DNA of 64,000 nt from Casimicrobium sp. Lineage in GTDB: Bacteria; Pseudomonadota; Gammaproteobacteria; Burkholderiales; Casimicrobiaceae. The position numbers and the translations under genes are program-made. This document shows, piece after piece, positions 45,892 to 56,211 of this stretch. Each line of letters begins with the position of its first letter. The stretch's first letter is position 1. The DNA lies in assembly GCA_040079845.1 (NCBI GenBank), contig JBEBJR010000001.1, positions 128,386 to 192,385 of the forward strand, in the 5' to 3' direction. Under the pieces are notes generated by a model. The model was not told where the DNA came from, searched no databases, and worked only from the letters and a program-made list of their open reading frames with translations.

Positions 45892-46380
45892 TCGCTTCTG
45901 GCGGTCATGCTCACCGTCGTTGTCGGTTCGTCGCACGTCGCTGCGCAGGACGCGACGTTTTCCGTCAAATCGTTGACGCCCGAGGTGGCGCTCACGGCCG
46001 CCAAAGCGGCGTTGGAGCAATGCCGCAAGGACGGCTACCAAGTTGCGGTCGCCGTGGTGGATCGCGCGGGGCACGTTCAGGTATTGCTGCGCGACCGATT
46101 TGCTGGCGCGCACACGCTCGACCTCGCACCGAACAAAGCGTGGACGGCGGCGAGTTTTCGTATTCCAACCACCGCTCTCGCCATTGAAACGCAGGCCGGG
46201 AAACCCATGAGCGCGATTCGCGGACATCCAAAGGTGGCCGCGCTCGGTGGTGGGCTCGTCATCGAAGCGGGCGGGTCGGTGTTGGGCGCCATCGGCGTGT
46301 CCGGTGCGCCGGGCGGCGAGGCGGACGATGCCTGTGCGAAGGCCGGCATCAAGGCAATTGCGGACGCGATTGAGTTTTAA
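45850..46380 (+). CDS. Secreted GlcG/HbpS-like (DUF336) heme-binding protein
   Basis: Signal peptide, then VAVVDRAGH ... GGLVI ... GAIGVSGAPGGEADDACA. Confidence 0.8.
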   Translation: MKLKLVSRWSHKAVSLLAVMLTVVVGSSHVAAQDATFSVKSLTPEVALTAAKAALEQCRKDGYQVAVAVVDRAGHVQVLLRDRFAGAHTLDLAPNKAWTAASFRIPTTALAIETQAGKPMSAIRGHPKVAALGGGLVIEAGGSVLGAIGVSGAPGGEADDACAKAGIKAIADAIEF

Positions 46381-46395
46381 GCGAGTCGGTGACCG

Positions 46396-47271
46396 ATGAA
46401 AAAAATTGCCCACATTTTTAAGAGCGCCGCGCCGCATTGGGTTGGCAACGGTTTTCATGTGAACAATTTGTTCATTTATGAGCAGGCCGCGCAGGCGCTG
46501 AGCCCGTTTCTGATGCTTGATTACGGCGCGCCGAATACGTTCGCGCCTTCGACGGAAAAGCGCGGCGTTGGCCAGCATCCGCATCGCGGTTTCGAGACGG
46601 TGACGGTGGCCTACCAAGGCGAAATTGAGCACTACGATTCAGAAGGTAATCGTGGCGTGATTGGGCCGGGCGATGTGCAGTGGATGACGGCGGCTTCCGG
46701 CATCGTGCATGAAGAGTGGCTGAGTTCCGCGTTTGGTGCGCGCGGCGGCGTGCTCGAGATGGCGCAGCTTTGGGTGAACTTGCCCAAGCGCGACAAGATG
46801 GCCGCTCCACGCTATCAAGAAATTGTGAACGCGCGAATTCCGTCCGTCACGGCAGCTGGCGGTGCGACGGTGCGCGTGATCGCAGGCGAATTTTCCGCAG
46901 CGAGTGGCCCAGCGAAAACGTTCTCACCGATCAACGTGTGGGATGTTCAGCTGCGCGCAGCGCAGAGTTTGAACATGTCCGTAAAGGCAGGTCACACGAC
47001 GTTGTTTGCGGTGCTTAAAGGTAGCGTTCGGGTGAACAGTGCGACCGATGTGGCCGCGCCTGCGCTCGTGATGTTGGATCGTGACGGCACCGATGCGACG
47101 CTTGCCCTCAGCGATGGCTGCGACAGCGCGAGCGTGCTTGTACTAAACGGCGAACCACTCGATGAGCCCGTGGTGGGCTATGGGCCGTTCGTGATGAACA
47201 GCCGCGAGGAAATCATGCAAGCCGTGCGCGATTTTCAGAGCGGAAAATTCGTGCGCCGCGCGGCTGCGTGA
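46396..47271 (+). CDS. Pirin-family protein
   Basis: 291 aa with the HPHRGFETVT cupin metal site. Confidence 0.88.
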   Translation: MKKIAHIFKSAAPHWVGNGFHVNNLFIYEQAAQALSPFLMLDYGAPNTFAPSTEKRGVGQHPHRGFETVTVAYQGEIEHYDSEGNRGVIGPGDVQWMTAASGIVHEEWLSSAFGARGGVLEMAQLWVNLPKRDKMAAPRYQEIVNARIPSVTAAGGATVRVIAGEFSAASGPAKTFSPINVWDVQLRAAQSLNMSVKAGHTTLFAVLKGSVRVNSATDVAAPALVMLDRDGTDATLALSDGCDSASVLVLNGEPLDEPVVGYGPFVMNSREEIMQAVRDFQSGKFVRRAAA

Positions 47272-47277
47272 GAAGTG

Positions 47278-48087
47278 ATGCCTCTATTTCACATCGCGTT
47301 TTATAAGTTCGTTGCGCTGCCCGATCCGGAGGCGGTTGCGACTACGCTGCGCGAACTAGCCAGCGATTTGACCGGCAGTATTTTGCTCGCGCCCGAGGGC
47401 ATCAACGGGGTGGCGGCGGGCTCATCTGCTGCGCTTGATACGTTCGAACACGCGTTGTTGCGCGACGTACGGTTCGGCGGCGCGTTTGCGGGCATGGTGT
47501 TTAAGCGCAGCGAGTGCAAGAGCGTGCCGTTTGCGCGCATGAAAGTGCATTGCAAGAAAGAGATCGTGGCGTTCGGTGTGGACGGCGTGCATCCGATCAA
47601 CGACGGTGGCGTGAGCGCGAGTCCCACCGAGTGGCGCGAGCTTATTGCGCGCGACGATGTAGTCGTGATCGACAACCGAAATAGTTTTGAGTATCGCCTC
47701 GGAAAATTCAAAAACGCGATTGATCCGCTGGTGCCGCATTTCCGCGATTTCCCGAAATACGTCGAGGCGAACGCGCCTGAATGGAAGGCGTCCGGCAAGA
47801 CGATCGCGATGTATTGCACCGGCGGCATTCGTTGCGAAAAATCAAGCGCGTGGATGCACGAAATGGGCCTCAATGTCGTACAGCTCGAAGGCGGAATCCT
47901 GAATTATTTTCAGACGATGCCAGATGCGGCGCTGGATTGGGAGGGCGAATGTTTTGTGTTCGACAACCGCATTGCGCTCGACACGAAATTGCAAGAAACC
48001 GCGACTACGTTAGAGCAAGTTTACGAAGGCGAACCCGATGGCGAATGGCGCATCGCGCGGGCTCGGCGTCTCGATTCAGCGGTCTAA
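47278..48087 (+). CDS. trhO: Second UPF0176/TrhO-family rhodanese protein
   Basis: ILLAPEGINGVAAG and YCTGGIRCEKSS. A paralog of the gene at 32429-33151. Confidence 0.75.
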   Translation: MPLFHIAFYKFVALPDPEAVATTLRELASDLTGSILLAPEGINGVAAGSSAALDTFEHALLRDVRFGGAFAGMVFKRSECKSVPFARMKVHCKKEIVAFGVDGVHPINDGGVSASPTEWRELIARDDVVVIDNRNSFEYRLGKFKNAIDPLVPHFRDFPKYVEANAPEWKASGKTIAMYCTGGIRCEKSSAWMHEMGLNVVQLEGGILNYFQTMPDAALDWEGECFVFDNRIALDTKLQETATTLEQVYEGEPDGEWRIARARRLDSAV

Positions 48088-48093
48088 GTTTTC

Positions 48094-48993
48094 GTGACGG
48101 ATATTCGGCCGAGCAAGCATGGTGTGCGCCCCAGCTTCGTGGCGCTTCCGGCGGGTTCATGGCGAACAATTCTTGAATTTTTGCAGGCGCGATTCCCCGC
48201 GGTCTCTCCCGAGCAGTGGTGCGCGCGAATCGCTAGCGACGAGGTCACTTTTGAGAACGGCATGCCTGTCACCGCCGAGTCTCCCTACGCTCCACAGCAA
48301 AAAATTTATTACTACCGAAGCGTTGAAAACGAACCGCGCGTTCCGTTCGAGGCGCGCGTGTTGTTTCGCGACGAATTCATCGTCGTCGCCGACAAGCCGC
48401 ATTTCCTGCCCGTCGTTCCCGGCGGTCGGTTCGTGCGAGAAACGCTGCTCGCGCGGCTCACGGAATCGCTGGGCATCGAAACGCTCGCGCCGATGCACCG
48501 CATTGACCGAGACACCGCTGGGCTTGTTCTGTTCACCGTCCAACCGCACACGCGTGACGCGTATCAACGCCTATTTCGTGAGCGAAGCGTCGAGAAACAC
48601 TACGAAGCTATCGCGCCGTATCGCACGGACTTGGCGCTGCCGTTAACGCGAAAGAGTAGGCTCGTTGAAAGTGCAGCGTTCATGCAAATGCATGAAATTG
48701 AGGGCGAGCCGAACGCAGAAACTTATGTTGAACTCGTTGAACAACGCTCGAACATGGCTCGCTACGCACTGTCGCCGCTGACCGGGCAGAAGCACCAACT
48801 TCGCGCCCACATGAGCGCGCTCGGAATTCCGATATGCAACGACCTGATTTATCCTACGCTGCGGCCAGCCGCACCGCTGGACGATTGGAGCAGGCCGCTC
48901 AAACTGCTGGCGAAGCAGATCGCGTTTACCGATCCGCTCACCGGCGAGAGCCGCGTTTACGAGTCCACACAGTCTCTTAATTGGGACGTATAG
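48094..48993 (+). CDS. RluA-family pseudouridine synthase
   Basis: 299 aa with the catalytic HRIDRDTAGLVLF. GTG start. Confidence 0.82.
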   Translation: MTDIRPSKHGVRPSFVALPAGSWRTILEFLQARFPAVSPEQWCARIASDEVTFENGMPVTAESPYAPQQKIYYYRSVENEPRVPFEARVLFRDEFIVVADKPHFLPVVPGGRFVRETLLARLTESLGIETLAPMHRIDRDTAGLVLFTVQPHTRDAYQRLFRERSVEKHYEAIAPYRTDLALPLTRKSRLVESAAFMQMHEIEGEPNAETYVELVEQRSNMARYALSPLTGQKHQLRAHMSALGIPICNDLIYPTLRPAAPLDDWSRPLKLLAKQIAFTDPLTGESRVYESTQSLNWDV

Positions 48994-49109
48994 CTTTTTG
49001 CGCTGAACGACAGCTGGGTGGTCGTTGCAGCGCAATTTGGTTATTAGTCGACAATTACTAAATATGCGATGAAACCACCGCTGGGCTGTCGTTATACGCG
49101 TAAAGGTGT
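48992..49109. repeat. ~119-nt palindromic element, copy D (right arm degenerate)
   Basis: AGCTTTTTGCGCTGAACGAC-N9-GTCGTT ... TTAGTCGACAATTA ... GAAACCAC-N9-GTCGTTATACGCGTAAAGGTG. Overlaps the TAG stop of the upstream gene. Confidence 0.7.
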
Positions 49110-49191
49110 ATGCACAAATTGATGTTGCCCCCCTAGCACTTGCGTCACTTAACCGCTAAATTGATGACTCCATTTTCATCGGAAATTTGCT

Positions 49192-50088
49192 ATGAACCCG
49201 CAACCCGTCACGCAGTTACAAATCGATCAGCGCGTTTACGATTTGTATGACGAATATTGTCACGGCAAGATTGATCGGCGCGAATATTTGAAGCGCGCTT
49301 CCGCGCTCACCATCCTCGGCGTTTCCGCGCTGACCATGGCCACCTCGTTGCTGCCGCAATACGCCAAAGCGCAAACAATTTCGTTCACCGACTCGCGGAT
49401 TAAGGCCTCGTACGTGACCTACCCGTCACCCGGTGGCAATGGGGAAACTATGCGTGGCTACCTCGTGCAACCCACCGGCCCTGGCCCGTTTCCGGCGGTG
49501 TTGGTGATGCATGAAAATCGCGGTTTGAACCCGTACATCGAAGACGTTGCGCGGCGTGCTGCTGCGGCGGGATATCTCGCGCTCGCACCCGATGGGCTCG
49601 CGCCACTGGGCGGTTATCCCGGCAACGACGACGACGGTCGTGCGCTACAAGCCAAGCTCGACCAATCGAAATTACGCACCGACATGCTCAACGGCGCACG
49701 TTGGTTAAAGGCGCACAAACTGTCCACGGGCAAATTGGGTGTGACCGGTTTTTGCTGGGGCGGTGGCACCAGTAATTTCTTGGCCACCGCGCTCGGCGGT
49801 GATTTGCAGGCTGCTGTGCCGTACTACGGTGCGGCAGCCGACACGGCGAGCGTCAGCAAAATCAAAGCGCCGTTGTTGATTCATTACGCGGGCACCGATG
49901 CCAATATCAACGGCATGTGGCCAGCGTATGAAGCCGCACTCAAAGCCGCGGGCGTGAAGCACGAAGCGCACTTCTACGACGGTACACAGCACGGGTTTCA
50001 CAACAATTCCACGCCGCGTTACAACGAAGCCGCCGCGAAGTTGTCGTGGGATCGTACCTTGGAGCATTTCAAGAAGCACTTGAGCTAG
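49192..50088 (+). CDS. Exported dienelactone hydrolase-family protein (Tat-like signal)
   Basis: DRREYLKRAS followed by a hydrophobic stretch, the GFCWGGG elbow, and QHGF. Confidence 0.82.
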   Translation: MNPQPVTQLQIDQRVYDLYDEYCHGKIDRREYLKRASALTILGVSALTMATSLLPQYAKAQTISFTDSRIKASYVTYPSPGGNGETMRGYLVQPTGPGPFPAVLVMHENRGLNPYIEDVARRAAAAGYLALAPDGLAPLGGYPGNDDDGRALQAKLDQSKLRTDMLNGARWLKAHKLSTGKLGVTGFCWGGGTSNFLATALGGDLQAAVPYYGAAADTASVSKIKAPLLIHYAGTDANINGMWPAYEAALKAAGVKHEAHFYDGTQHGFHNNSTPRYNEAAAKLSWDRTLEHFKKHLS

Positions 50089-50254
50089 GTAACTCGTAGC
50101 CTTGATGTGGCGTTGCGAAGTCGGCGGGGCGCGTACGCGACCCTCCTCGATTCCGCTGTGTTGCATCGAGGCTACGCAAACACGTCGCGCACGCTTACAC
50201 AGCGCATCCGGATACAACGTAGATCGATGTTTCATTCGCCATTAAACTTGGTGA

Positions 50255-50947
50255 ATGAAACCAATGCAAAAGACGCAATCACAGTTCTCGCCGCCGCAAC
50301 CAAGGGAGGACGAGCGTGGCGTGACGTTGAACGATGTCCGAGCGAGCTACCGCCGCTATGCCCCTTACTACGACCGAATTTTTGGCTCCGTACTGGAAGA
50401 CGGCCGCCGCAAATTGCTAGACGAGGTGATTCATCTGCAACCCGCGCGGATTCTAGAGATTGGGGTTGGGACCGGTTTGTTGTTGCCCGGCTACCCAGCC
50501 TCTGCGCAGGTCGTCGGTGTGGATGTTTCAGACGATATGTTGAACTTCGCACGGCAACAAATTGCCGCGCATTCGCTCGGCAACACACGCGTTGAGCGCG
50601 CTGATGGCGAGCGGTTGAACTGGCCAGAAGCCTCGTTTGATTGCGTGGTGCTTCCGTACGTGCTGTCCGTGACGCCGAACCCCGAGGCGCTGGTGGCCGA
50701 GGCGATCCGGCTGTGCGCGCCGACGGGGCACATCATCGTGCTCAATCACTTTAGCGGCTCAAAGTTTTGGCGCGCGCTGGAAGTACTTGTTGCGCCACTC
50801 GTGAAGAAGATCGGTTTTCGTTCGAGCTTTAGCTATGAAGACAACGTTCTAGCCCATCCGTGGCAAGTAATAAAGGCTTCGAAAGCGAACTGGATGGGGC
50901 TCACGCAGCTTGTGGTGCTGCGTCCGCGTAAGACGAGCGTCGTCTGA
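50255..50947 (+). CDS. Class I SAM-dependent methyltransferase (resembles Rhodobacter-type phospholipid N-methyltransferase PmtA)
   Basis: YAPYYDRIFG...ILEIGVGTG...FDCVVLPYVLSV. The PmtA similarity is from memory only. Confidence 0.6.
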   Translation: MKPMQKTQSQFSPPQPREDERGVTLNDVRASYRRYAPYYDRIFGSVLEDGRRKLLDEVIHLQPARILEIGVGTGLLLPGYPASAQVVGVDVSDDMLNFARQQIAAHSLGNTRVERADGERLNWPEASFDCVVLPYVLSVTPNPEALVAEAIRLCAPTGHIIVLNHFSGSKFWRALEVLVAPLVKKIGFRSSFSYEDNVLAHPWQVIKASKANWMGLTQLVVLRPRKTSVV

Positions 50948-50952
50948 GCGTC

Positions 50953-52890
50953 GTGTCGGGTTTGAGCGCGCCTCGCAACCGAAAACGCCCAGCTTGGCTG
51001 CGTCCACTGTTCGGTGTGTGGGCCATTTGGATGCTCCCGGCCATCGTGTTTACGGTGGTCTACACATTGCATTTTCGCGCAAGCGCTGCCGCCGGTTTGG
51101 CGCATCTTTCGTTGATCGCAACCACGGCGTTCGCGCTGCTGAGCGTGGTCTGTTGCGCATTATTTTTTTCCAATTCCACGCGCGAGCGCTTTGTACGTAG
51201 CGTCGCCCGCGCACTGTCTTGTCTCTGGCTCGTTTTTTGGTGTTGGGTGAACGCCGCGTTTGTAATCGGTTTACTGGCGTGGGGGCGTGTGCCTACTGTG
51301 TCGCTGCTAGGCGCGTATGCCGATCAGATTCCATCGCTACTTCGGGTGTTAGGGGTATCGGTTGGCGTAGCGGTTGCGGCGGCAGCTGTTGCATTGCTGC
51401 TGCCCGCTGTCGGTGGCCATTTTTTGTTAGGCACGCGGTGGATAACGCTAGCGGCCGCGCTGCGAACGGTGTGCGCTGAATCGCACGCATCTAGCCCGTC
51501 AAAATTTTGGGCCGTTCTTTTAATAGCGACTCTCGGGGTTGCCGGCCAGCGCTGGTACGCCGTCGCACTACATCCAGCATCGGCAAACAGTGATGAACCG
51601 ATTTACCTTGCATTGGAGCCGGACTCGCCGCACACCGCGCAGTCGCTAATCATGGATCGCGTGGGTGACGCGCGCCGCGATCAACGGGAGGAGCAGGCGC
51701 GCGCTGCGTATTCCACGCAAATGGATGATCGCTCGCGCAAAACTAACGCTTCGCTACGCCTTCGCAATGTCGTTTTGATTACTGTTGACGCACTTCGGCC
51801 AGATCATTTGGGTGTGTATGGCTACCCGCGCGACACCACGCCCAATTTGTCCGCGTTGCAGCGGCAAGGTCGGTTATGGGCGGCTCCCGAAGCGCGTTCA
51901 GCCTGCGCGGAGTCCTCGTGCGGATTGCTTAGTTTGATGACAGGCAAGCAGCCGCATGAACTGCTAACGCGAAATTTTGGAGTAACCGATGTGTTGGCGC
52001 GGTACGGTTATCAGCGGACTTTGCTGCTTTCAGGCGACCACACAAATTTCTACAAACTTCGAGAGAGCTACGGAAGCGTCGACACCTATATCGATGGCAC
52101 CGCGTTTGCAAAAGGCGCGATGAACGATGACTACGCGCTGCTTGAACAGTTGCGTCGCTTGCCGCAGCACCGAAGCGACCGGCCGCAGTTCATGTTTTTT
52201 CATCTGATGTCGGTTCACGGTTTGGGCGTCAAGCATGCCGAACACCGATTGTGGCATCCCTCACGAACGCTGTACGGCACATTTTCCGCAGCGCTGACGC
52301 CGGAAGTCATCGAGGCTGGAAAAAACTCATACGACAACGGCGTGCGGCAAGCCGATTGGGTGATTTCCGAAATCATTACTGAGCTAACCCAGCGTGGAAT
52401 TTTGAACGCCAACTCGATCCTGCTGGTCACCGCCGACCATGCGGAATCTTTGGGTGAGCACGGTATTAAAACGCACGCGGACTCCGTATACGAGTCGGTC
52501 ATACGAATTCCGTGGATATGGGTCGGGAACGCGCCGCCGTACGCTTCGCTGTCAACACCTGCAATCCAAGCCGACTTTGCGCCGACCGTGCTCAACGCGC
52601 TTGAGCTTCCGATTCCGGAGCATTGGTCTGGGGTTCCATTGCAAGCTGCGCCACCGCTGCGCAGAACTTTTCATGCGCAACTCCCGGCCGTGGCCGTGCT
52701 CGATTACGACGGTCAACAGCGGACAAAATTTGTGCGCGACTTTAACGCGCGAACTACTCAGGTTTTTGATTTGACCGCCGATCCACGCGAGCAATCGCCG
52801 CGAACAGTAACCAATGCCTCCGATTCGGCGAAAGACGCCGATGCGATGGATGCACTTATACGGCGCGGCTACGGAAGTGCTCGCCGATAG
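50953..52890 (+). CDS. Membrane-anchored sulfatase/alkaline-phosphatase-superfamily transferase
   Basis: The first ~200 aa are multi-TM, followed by VVLITVDALRPDHLGVYGY. No C/S-x-P-x-R sulfatase motif was seen. GTG start. Confidence 0.75.
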   Translation: MSGLSAPRNRKRPAWLRPLFGVWAIWMLPAIVFTVVYTLHFRASAAAGLAHLSLIATTAFALLSVVCCALFFSNSTRERFVRSVARALSCLWLVFWCWVNAAFVIGLLAWGRVPTVSLLGAYADQIPSLLRVLGVSVGVAVAAAAVALLLPAVGGHFLLGTRWITLAAALRTVCAESHASSPSKFWAVLLIATLGVAGQRWYAVALHPASANSDEPIYLALEPDSPHTAQSLIMDRVGDARRDQREEQARAAYSTQMDDRSRKTNASLRLRNVVLITVDALRPDHLGVYGYPRDTTPNLSALQRQGRLWAAPEARSACAESSCGLLSLMTGKQPHELLTRNFGVTDVLARYGYQRTLLLSGDHTNFYKLRESYGSVDTYIDGTAFAKGAMNDDYALLEQLRRLPQHRSDRPQFMFFHLMSVHGLGVKHAEHRLWHPSRTLYGTFSAALTPEVIEAGKNSYDNGVRQADWVISEIITELTQRGILNANSILLVTADHAESLGEHGIKTHADSVYESVIRIPWIWVGNAPPYASLSTPAIQADFAPTVLNALELPIPEHWSGVPLQAAPPLRRTFHAQLPAVAVLDYDGQQRTKFVRDFNARTTQVFDLTADPREQSPRTVTNASDSAKDADAMDALIRRGYGSARR

Positions 52891-52937
52891 TGAGACGCCA
52901 ACAAAAACCCTCAAGCACCACTACTATTCGCTTTTCG

Positions 52938-52960
52938 GGTAGGCGACGACTTGGCGTCGC
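52938..52960 (+). repeat. REP hairpin ggTAGGcgacgac-ttgg-cgtcgc (family 3)
   Basis: Identical to 6578-6600. Confidence 0.7.
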
Positions 52961-53132
52961 TCGGTACGGCGGGGACGAACGGTCGTGTCCGCGCCTACAA
53001 ATTGGTTAACTGAACAGCATTGCCTCAGGCGCAGATTTTTCCGATAGCATGGTGTGCAATTTATCGCGCAGCTGTGCTCACTGAGCTGCGCATGAACCTT
53101 AGTTTAGCGCTTCATTTTCAGGGGATATTCAC

Positions 53133-53645
53133 ATGCGAAACACAAAATTTTTAGCGTCTGCTGCCGCACTTCTGCCGATAGTTGTGAGCGCACAACAAAT
53201 GGTCATTACGTTTGACTATCTCGATCAGTCCGTGCCAGTGGGGCCGTGGGTGCCGATCTTGTGCGCAGTCGCATTGGCAGCGGTGGCGATCTTTTTACAC
53301 AAGCGAAAAGGCTTCGCCATGCGCAACATCGCGCTTGCTGGTGTGGCGGCCATGGTCGCTGCGTTTGCCATCCAACATCAGGATGCGAAGGCTGGCAGTT
53401 CGAATTACGCCATCACGTTAAGCAGTAGCCCCAGCCAAACTACGATCACAGACAACGTCGGGGTCGCGACTAACGCGACAGGTCGCCTCATCAAAATTAC
53501 TGATGTGTCGGTCAATCAAACCCAAATTTCTTCATCGAGCGGTAGCTGCCCGCTGACGATTATTCCGGCCAATACGACCTGTAACGTCGGAACTACTTTG
53601 ACGGCGGGCGCCACGTGTCAGGTTGAGGTGGCGTGCCCGTTCTGA
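53133..53645 (+). CDS. Small exported protein with an internal sorting-signal-like TM module
   Basis: 170 aa. Order: signal peptide, 11 aa, VPVGPWVPILCAVALAAVAIFLHKRKG, a second signal-like MRNIALAGVAAMVAAFA, then a Ser/Thr-rich beta domain ending LTAGATCQVEVACPF. Confidence 0.6.
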   Translation: MRNTKFLASAAALLPIVVSAQQMVITFDYLDQSVPVGPWVPILCAVALAAVAIFLHKRKGFAMRNIALAGVAAMVAAFAIQHQDAKAGSSNYAITLSSSPSQTTITDNVGVATNATGRLIKITDVSVNQTQISSSSGSCPLTIIPANTTCNVGTTLTAGATCQVEVACPF

Positions 53646-53728
53646 TCTTGGCATGCTCTAGCGGCGCAGGTTCTCGGATGTTTCGCGCATGCGTCCGAGA
53701 GCCCGCTCCGGCGAGCAGGCGATGCGCG

Positions 53729-54733
53729 CTAAATCTTGAACGCTTCCAACGACTCCGGCGCGAACAATTCGTCTAGCGCCAATTGTCGCTTCGACAATCC
53801 TTGCTCGAAGTGGTAGCGCGTGAACGTCTCTAGCGCCTTGCGATTTCGCTCTAGTCCGTAGGGCCACCAATCATCGCCCATCTCTCGGCGCGCGTCTTCG
53901 ACGTGCGCTACCAACCACGGCAGCATCGATTTCAGCGCGGCGGTTTCGGCGAGATCTTCATAGCTCCGGCGTTGTGACTCGTAGAACGCTTTAGTCAGCG
54001 ATTGCGCGATCCAGCGATTGGCTTCGTACACTTCGCGCCGCATCACAATCGTGTGCATGATCGGGAAGATGCTGGTGTCACGCCAATATGCGCGTTCTAC
54101 CTCTGCGTAGTCTTCAAATAAGCGTTTCACTCGCCCGTCGCCGCTCCTTGCCGAATCGCGAAACGAAGAGGGCATGCGCGCCGTGTACAACGCATCAATG
54201 TCACCGTCGCGCAGCATGTTGGACAAGGTTTGCGTCGGCCCAATCGGATGCAGCTTGATGTTGGGCGGCAACTCAAGCTTGAGTTTTTCGATGCGCCCAG
54301 GCTCTTCCTCGCCGCCGAAAAAATACGGTTGTGCGTCCACAGGCACGTCGTAATGATCTTGCAGAATTCCGCGAATCCACACCGGTGCGGTCATCTGATA
54401 CTCAGGGCTCGCGATGCGCTTGCCAATCAAATCTTTGGGCTCGCGGATGCCAGAGGCAGCATTCACATAAATGCAGGAATGCCGAAAGAAGCGTGATGGA
54501 AAAATCGGCAGCGCAACAAATGGGCGCTCGGGTCGATTGAGCGAAACGCAATATGACGACAACGACATTTCCGCAACGTCAAACTCGCGGTGCCGTGCCA
54601 TACGAAAAAATGTTTCTTCTACAGGCAAACACAGGTAGTTGAGATCAATGCCGTCGGGCTGTACCGAACCGTCCATCAGCGCGCGTGTACGGTCGTAGTT
54701 CCAGCAGGCGAAGCTCAGTTTTAGTTTTGACAT
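53729..54733 (-). CDS. 4,5-dihydroxyphthalate decarboxylase-like protein (periplasmic-binding-protein fold family)
   Basis: 334 aa beginning MSKLKLSFACWNYDRTRAL. Start moved to ATG 54733. The assignment rests on the family recollection plus gene context. Confidence 0.6.
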   Translation of the reverse strand: MSKLKLSFACWNYDRTRALMDGSVQPDGIDLNYLCLPVEETFFRMARHREFDVAEMSLSSYCVSLNRPERPFVALPIFPSRFFRHSCIYVNAASGIREPKDLIGKRIASPEYQMTAPVWIRGILQDHYDVPVDAQPYFFGGEEEPGRIEKLKLELPPNIKLHPIGPTQTLSNMLRDGDIDALYTARMPSSFRDSARSGDGRVKRLFEDYAEVERAYWRDTSIFPIMHTIVMRREVYEANRWIAQSLTKAFYESQRRSYEDLAETAALKSMLPWLVAHVEDARREMGDDWWPYGLERNRKALETFTRYHFEQGLSKRQLALDELFAPESLEAFKI

Positions 54734-54746
54734 GGGTTTCTTTCGC

Positions 54747-56069
54747 CTACGCGTTGACCGAATAAGAGGGCTCGGGAGCGTCGGTTTCGCCCTCCCAAAC
54801 GGGGCGAGCGGCGTAGGTGCGCCAGTCGGTGGATTTGGGCACAATCGCTTGAAACGCGCACACGTCCTTGGGGATTGCAGACGCACCAGAGCCAATCGCG
54901 GCTTCTCCCGCTTGAAAGGCGCGAACCGCATCAAGCATGCGCGTGCGAAATTCCACAATCGCTAGGTCACTTGCGCCAAGTCGTTCGTGGGTGCGGTCAG
55001 CGATCGGTCCCATCGTCACCCACATCGCGACGTCCTGATTCGGGAAGCCCGTTATTCCAGTGAAATTGCCTGCTTTCATCGCTTCCCGGTCTTGCCAAAA
55101 TTTGTTTTCAACCGTGCGCAGCGGTCGGTAGTTTGCGTCGAGGTCAACCCCCACCGTCTGCCCGAGAAATTTGCGCCAGGTGGCGGTGTCCGGCGTCTGA
55201 GACGGATGGCCCCACGCGATGAAATAAAACGCCGTACTCGTGTCATCCATGGGCACGTTGATGTTCGCCACGTTATACAAATTGTTGGGCGGAATCAGCG
55301 CGGTCGCAGGCGCCACAAAAACACTGGAGCGTATGTAGTCGTTCGCCGCAGCGTTGGTAATCGGGCGGCGAATCGCTGCGTAGCGAAAGCCATATGGCGT
55401 GCGCTCGACTTGTAGCCTTGGCGCTTTGTCCGTAGACGGGCGCAGCCACTGATTTTCCGTGGCCTTTGCGCCGTCCACGCGCGCGGGCACCATGTCGGAC
55501 GAATGCAAACTTGAGCTGTGCGCCGAGTCAATCGCGCCTTCCAGAATCTGCGCCCAATTACAGGGGATCAGCACCTTCGCGACAGTCACGCGTGCGTCCG
55601 CGGTGGGGGCCCATGCAGGCGGCGTGAATGCTGGCATCGTCGCCGTGCCGTGATCTGCGCCCATGTATGCCCAAACAAAACCACCCCATTCCTGCACCGG
55701 GTAAGCCTTGTGCTTTACCTTTTGCGTCAACACAACGGCGGCAGGTTCAGACACCATCTCCACGACATTGCCGCTCACGTCCATCTTCCAACCGTGATAC
55801 AGGCAACGCAGGCCGCAGTCTTCGTTACGCCCAAACACGAGCGACGCGCGGCGATGCGGACAGTATTCGTCCATCACGCCCACCGCGCCATTGGTGTCGC
55901 GAAAGACCACCAAATCTTCACCGAAAACGCGCGCTTTCACCGGTGCGCCATCCGGCTCGCTGACTTCCTCTATCAAGCAAACCGGCGTCCAATGCCGCCG
56001 CATCATCGTACCCATCGGCGCATCGCCTTCAACGCGGCAGAGCAATTGGTTTTCTTCGTGTGTGAGCAT
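54747..56069 (-). CDS. Rieske non-heme iron oxygenase, phthalate 4,5-dioxygenase-like (single-subunit class IA)
   Basis: 440 aa with the Rieske CPHR...CLYHGW motif. No beta-subunit gene is present. Confidence 0.75.
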   Translation of the reverse strand: MLTHEENQLLCRVEGDAPMGTMMRRHWTPVCLIEEVSEPDGAPVKARVFGEDLVVFRDTNGAVGVMDEYCPHRRASLVFGRNEDCGLRCLYHGWKMDVSGNVVEMVSEPAAVVLTQKVKHKAYPVQEWGGFVWAYMGADHGTATMPAFTPPAWAPTADARVTVAKVLIPCNWAQILEGAIDSAHSSSLHSSDMVPARVDGAKATENQWLRPSTDKAPRLQVERTPYGFRYAAIRRPITNAAANDYIRSSVFVAPATALIPPNNLYNVANINVPMDDTSTAFYFIAWGHPSQTPDTATWRKFLGQTVGVDLDANYRPLRTVENKFWQDREAMKAGNFTGITGFPNQDVAMWVTMGPIADRTHERLGASDLAIVEFRTRMLDAVRAFQAGEAAIGSGASAIPKDVCAFQAIVPKSTDWRTYAARPVWEGETDAPEPSYSVNA

Positions 56070-56211
56070 GTTTCTCGGGATATGCGGGTAAGTTGCAAGG
56101 CGGCAAAGCTGTCGCGATTATAGTTAGTGAGCTAAGAAATTTTCGGATATTTCACCATTCTCCTTTAGCATCTCTGGGTACGATCAACACTTCGCCTAGG
56201 AACACTGCCGC

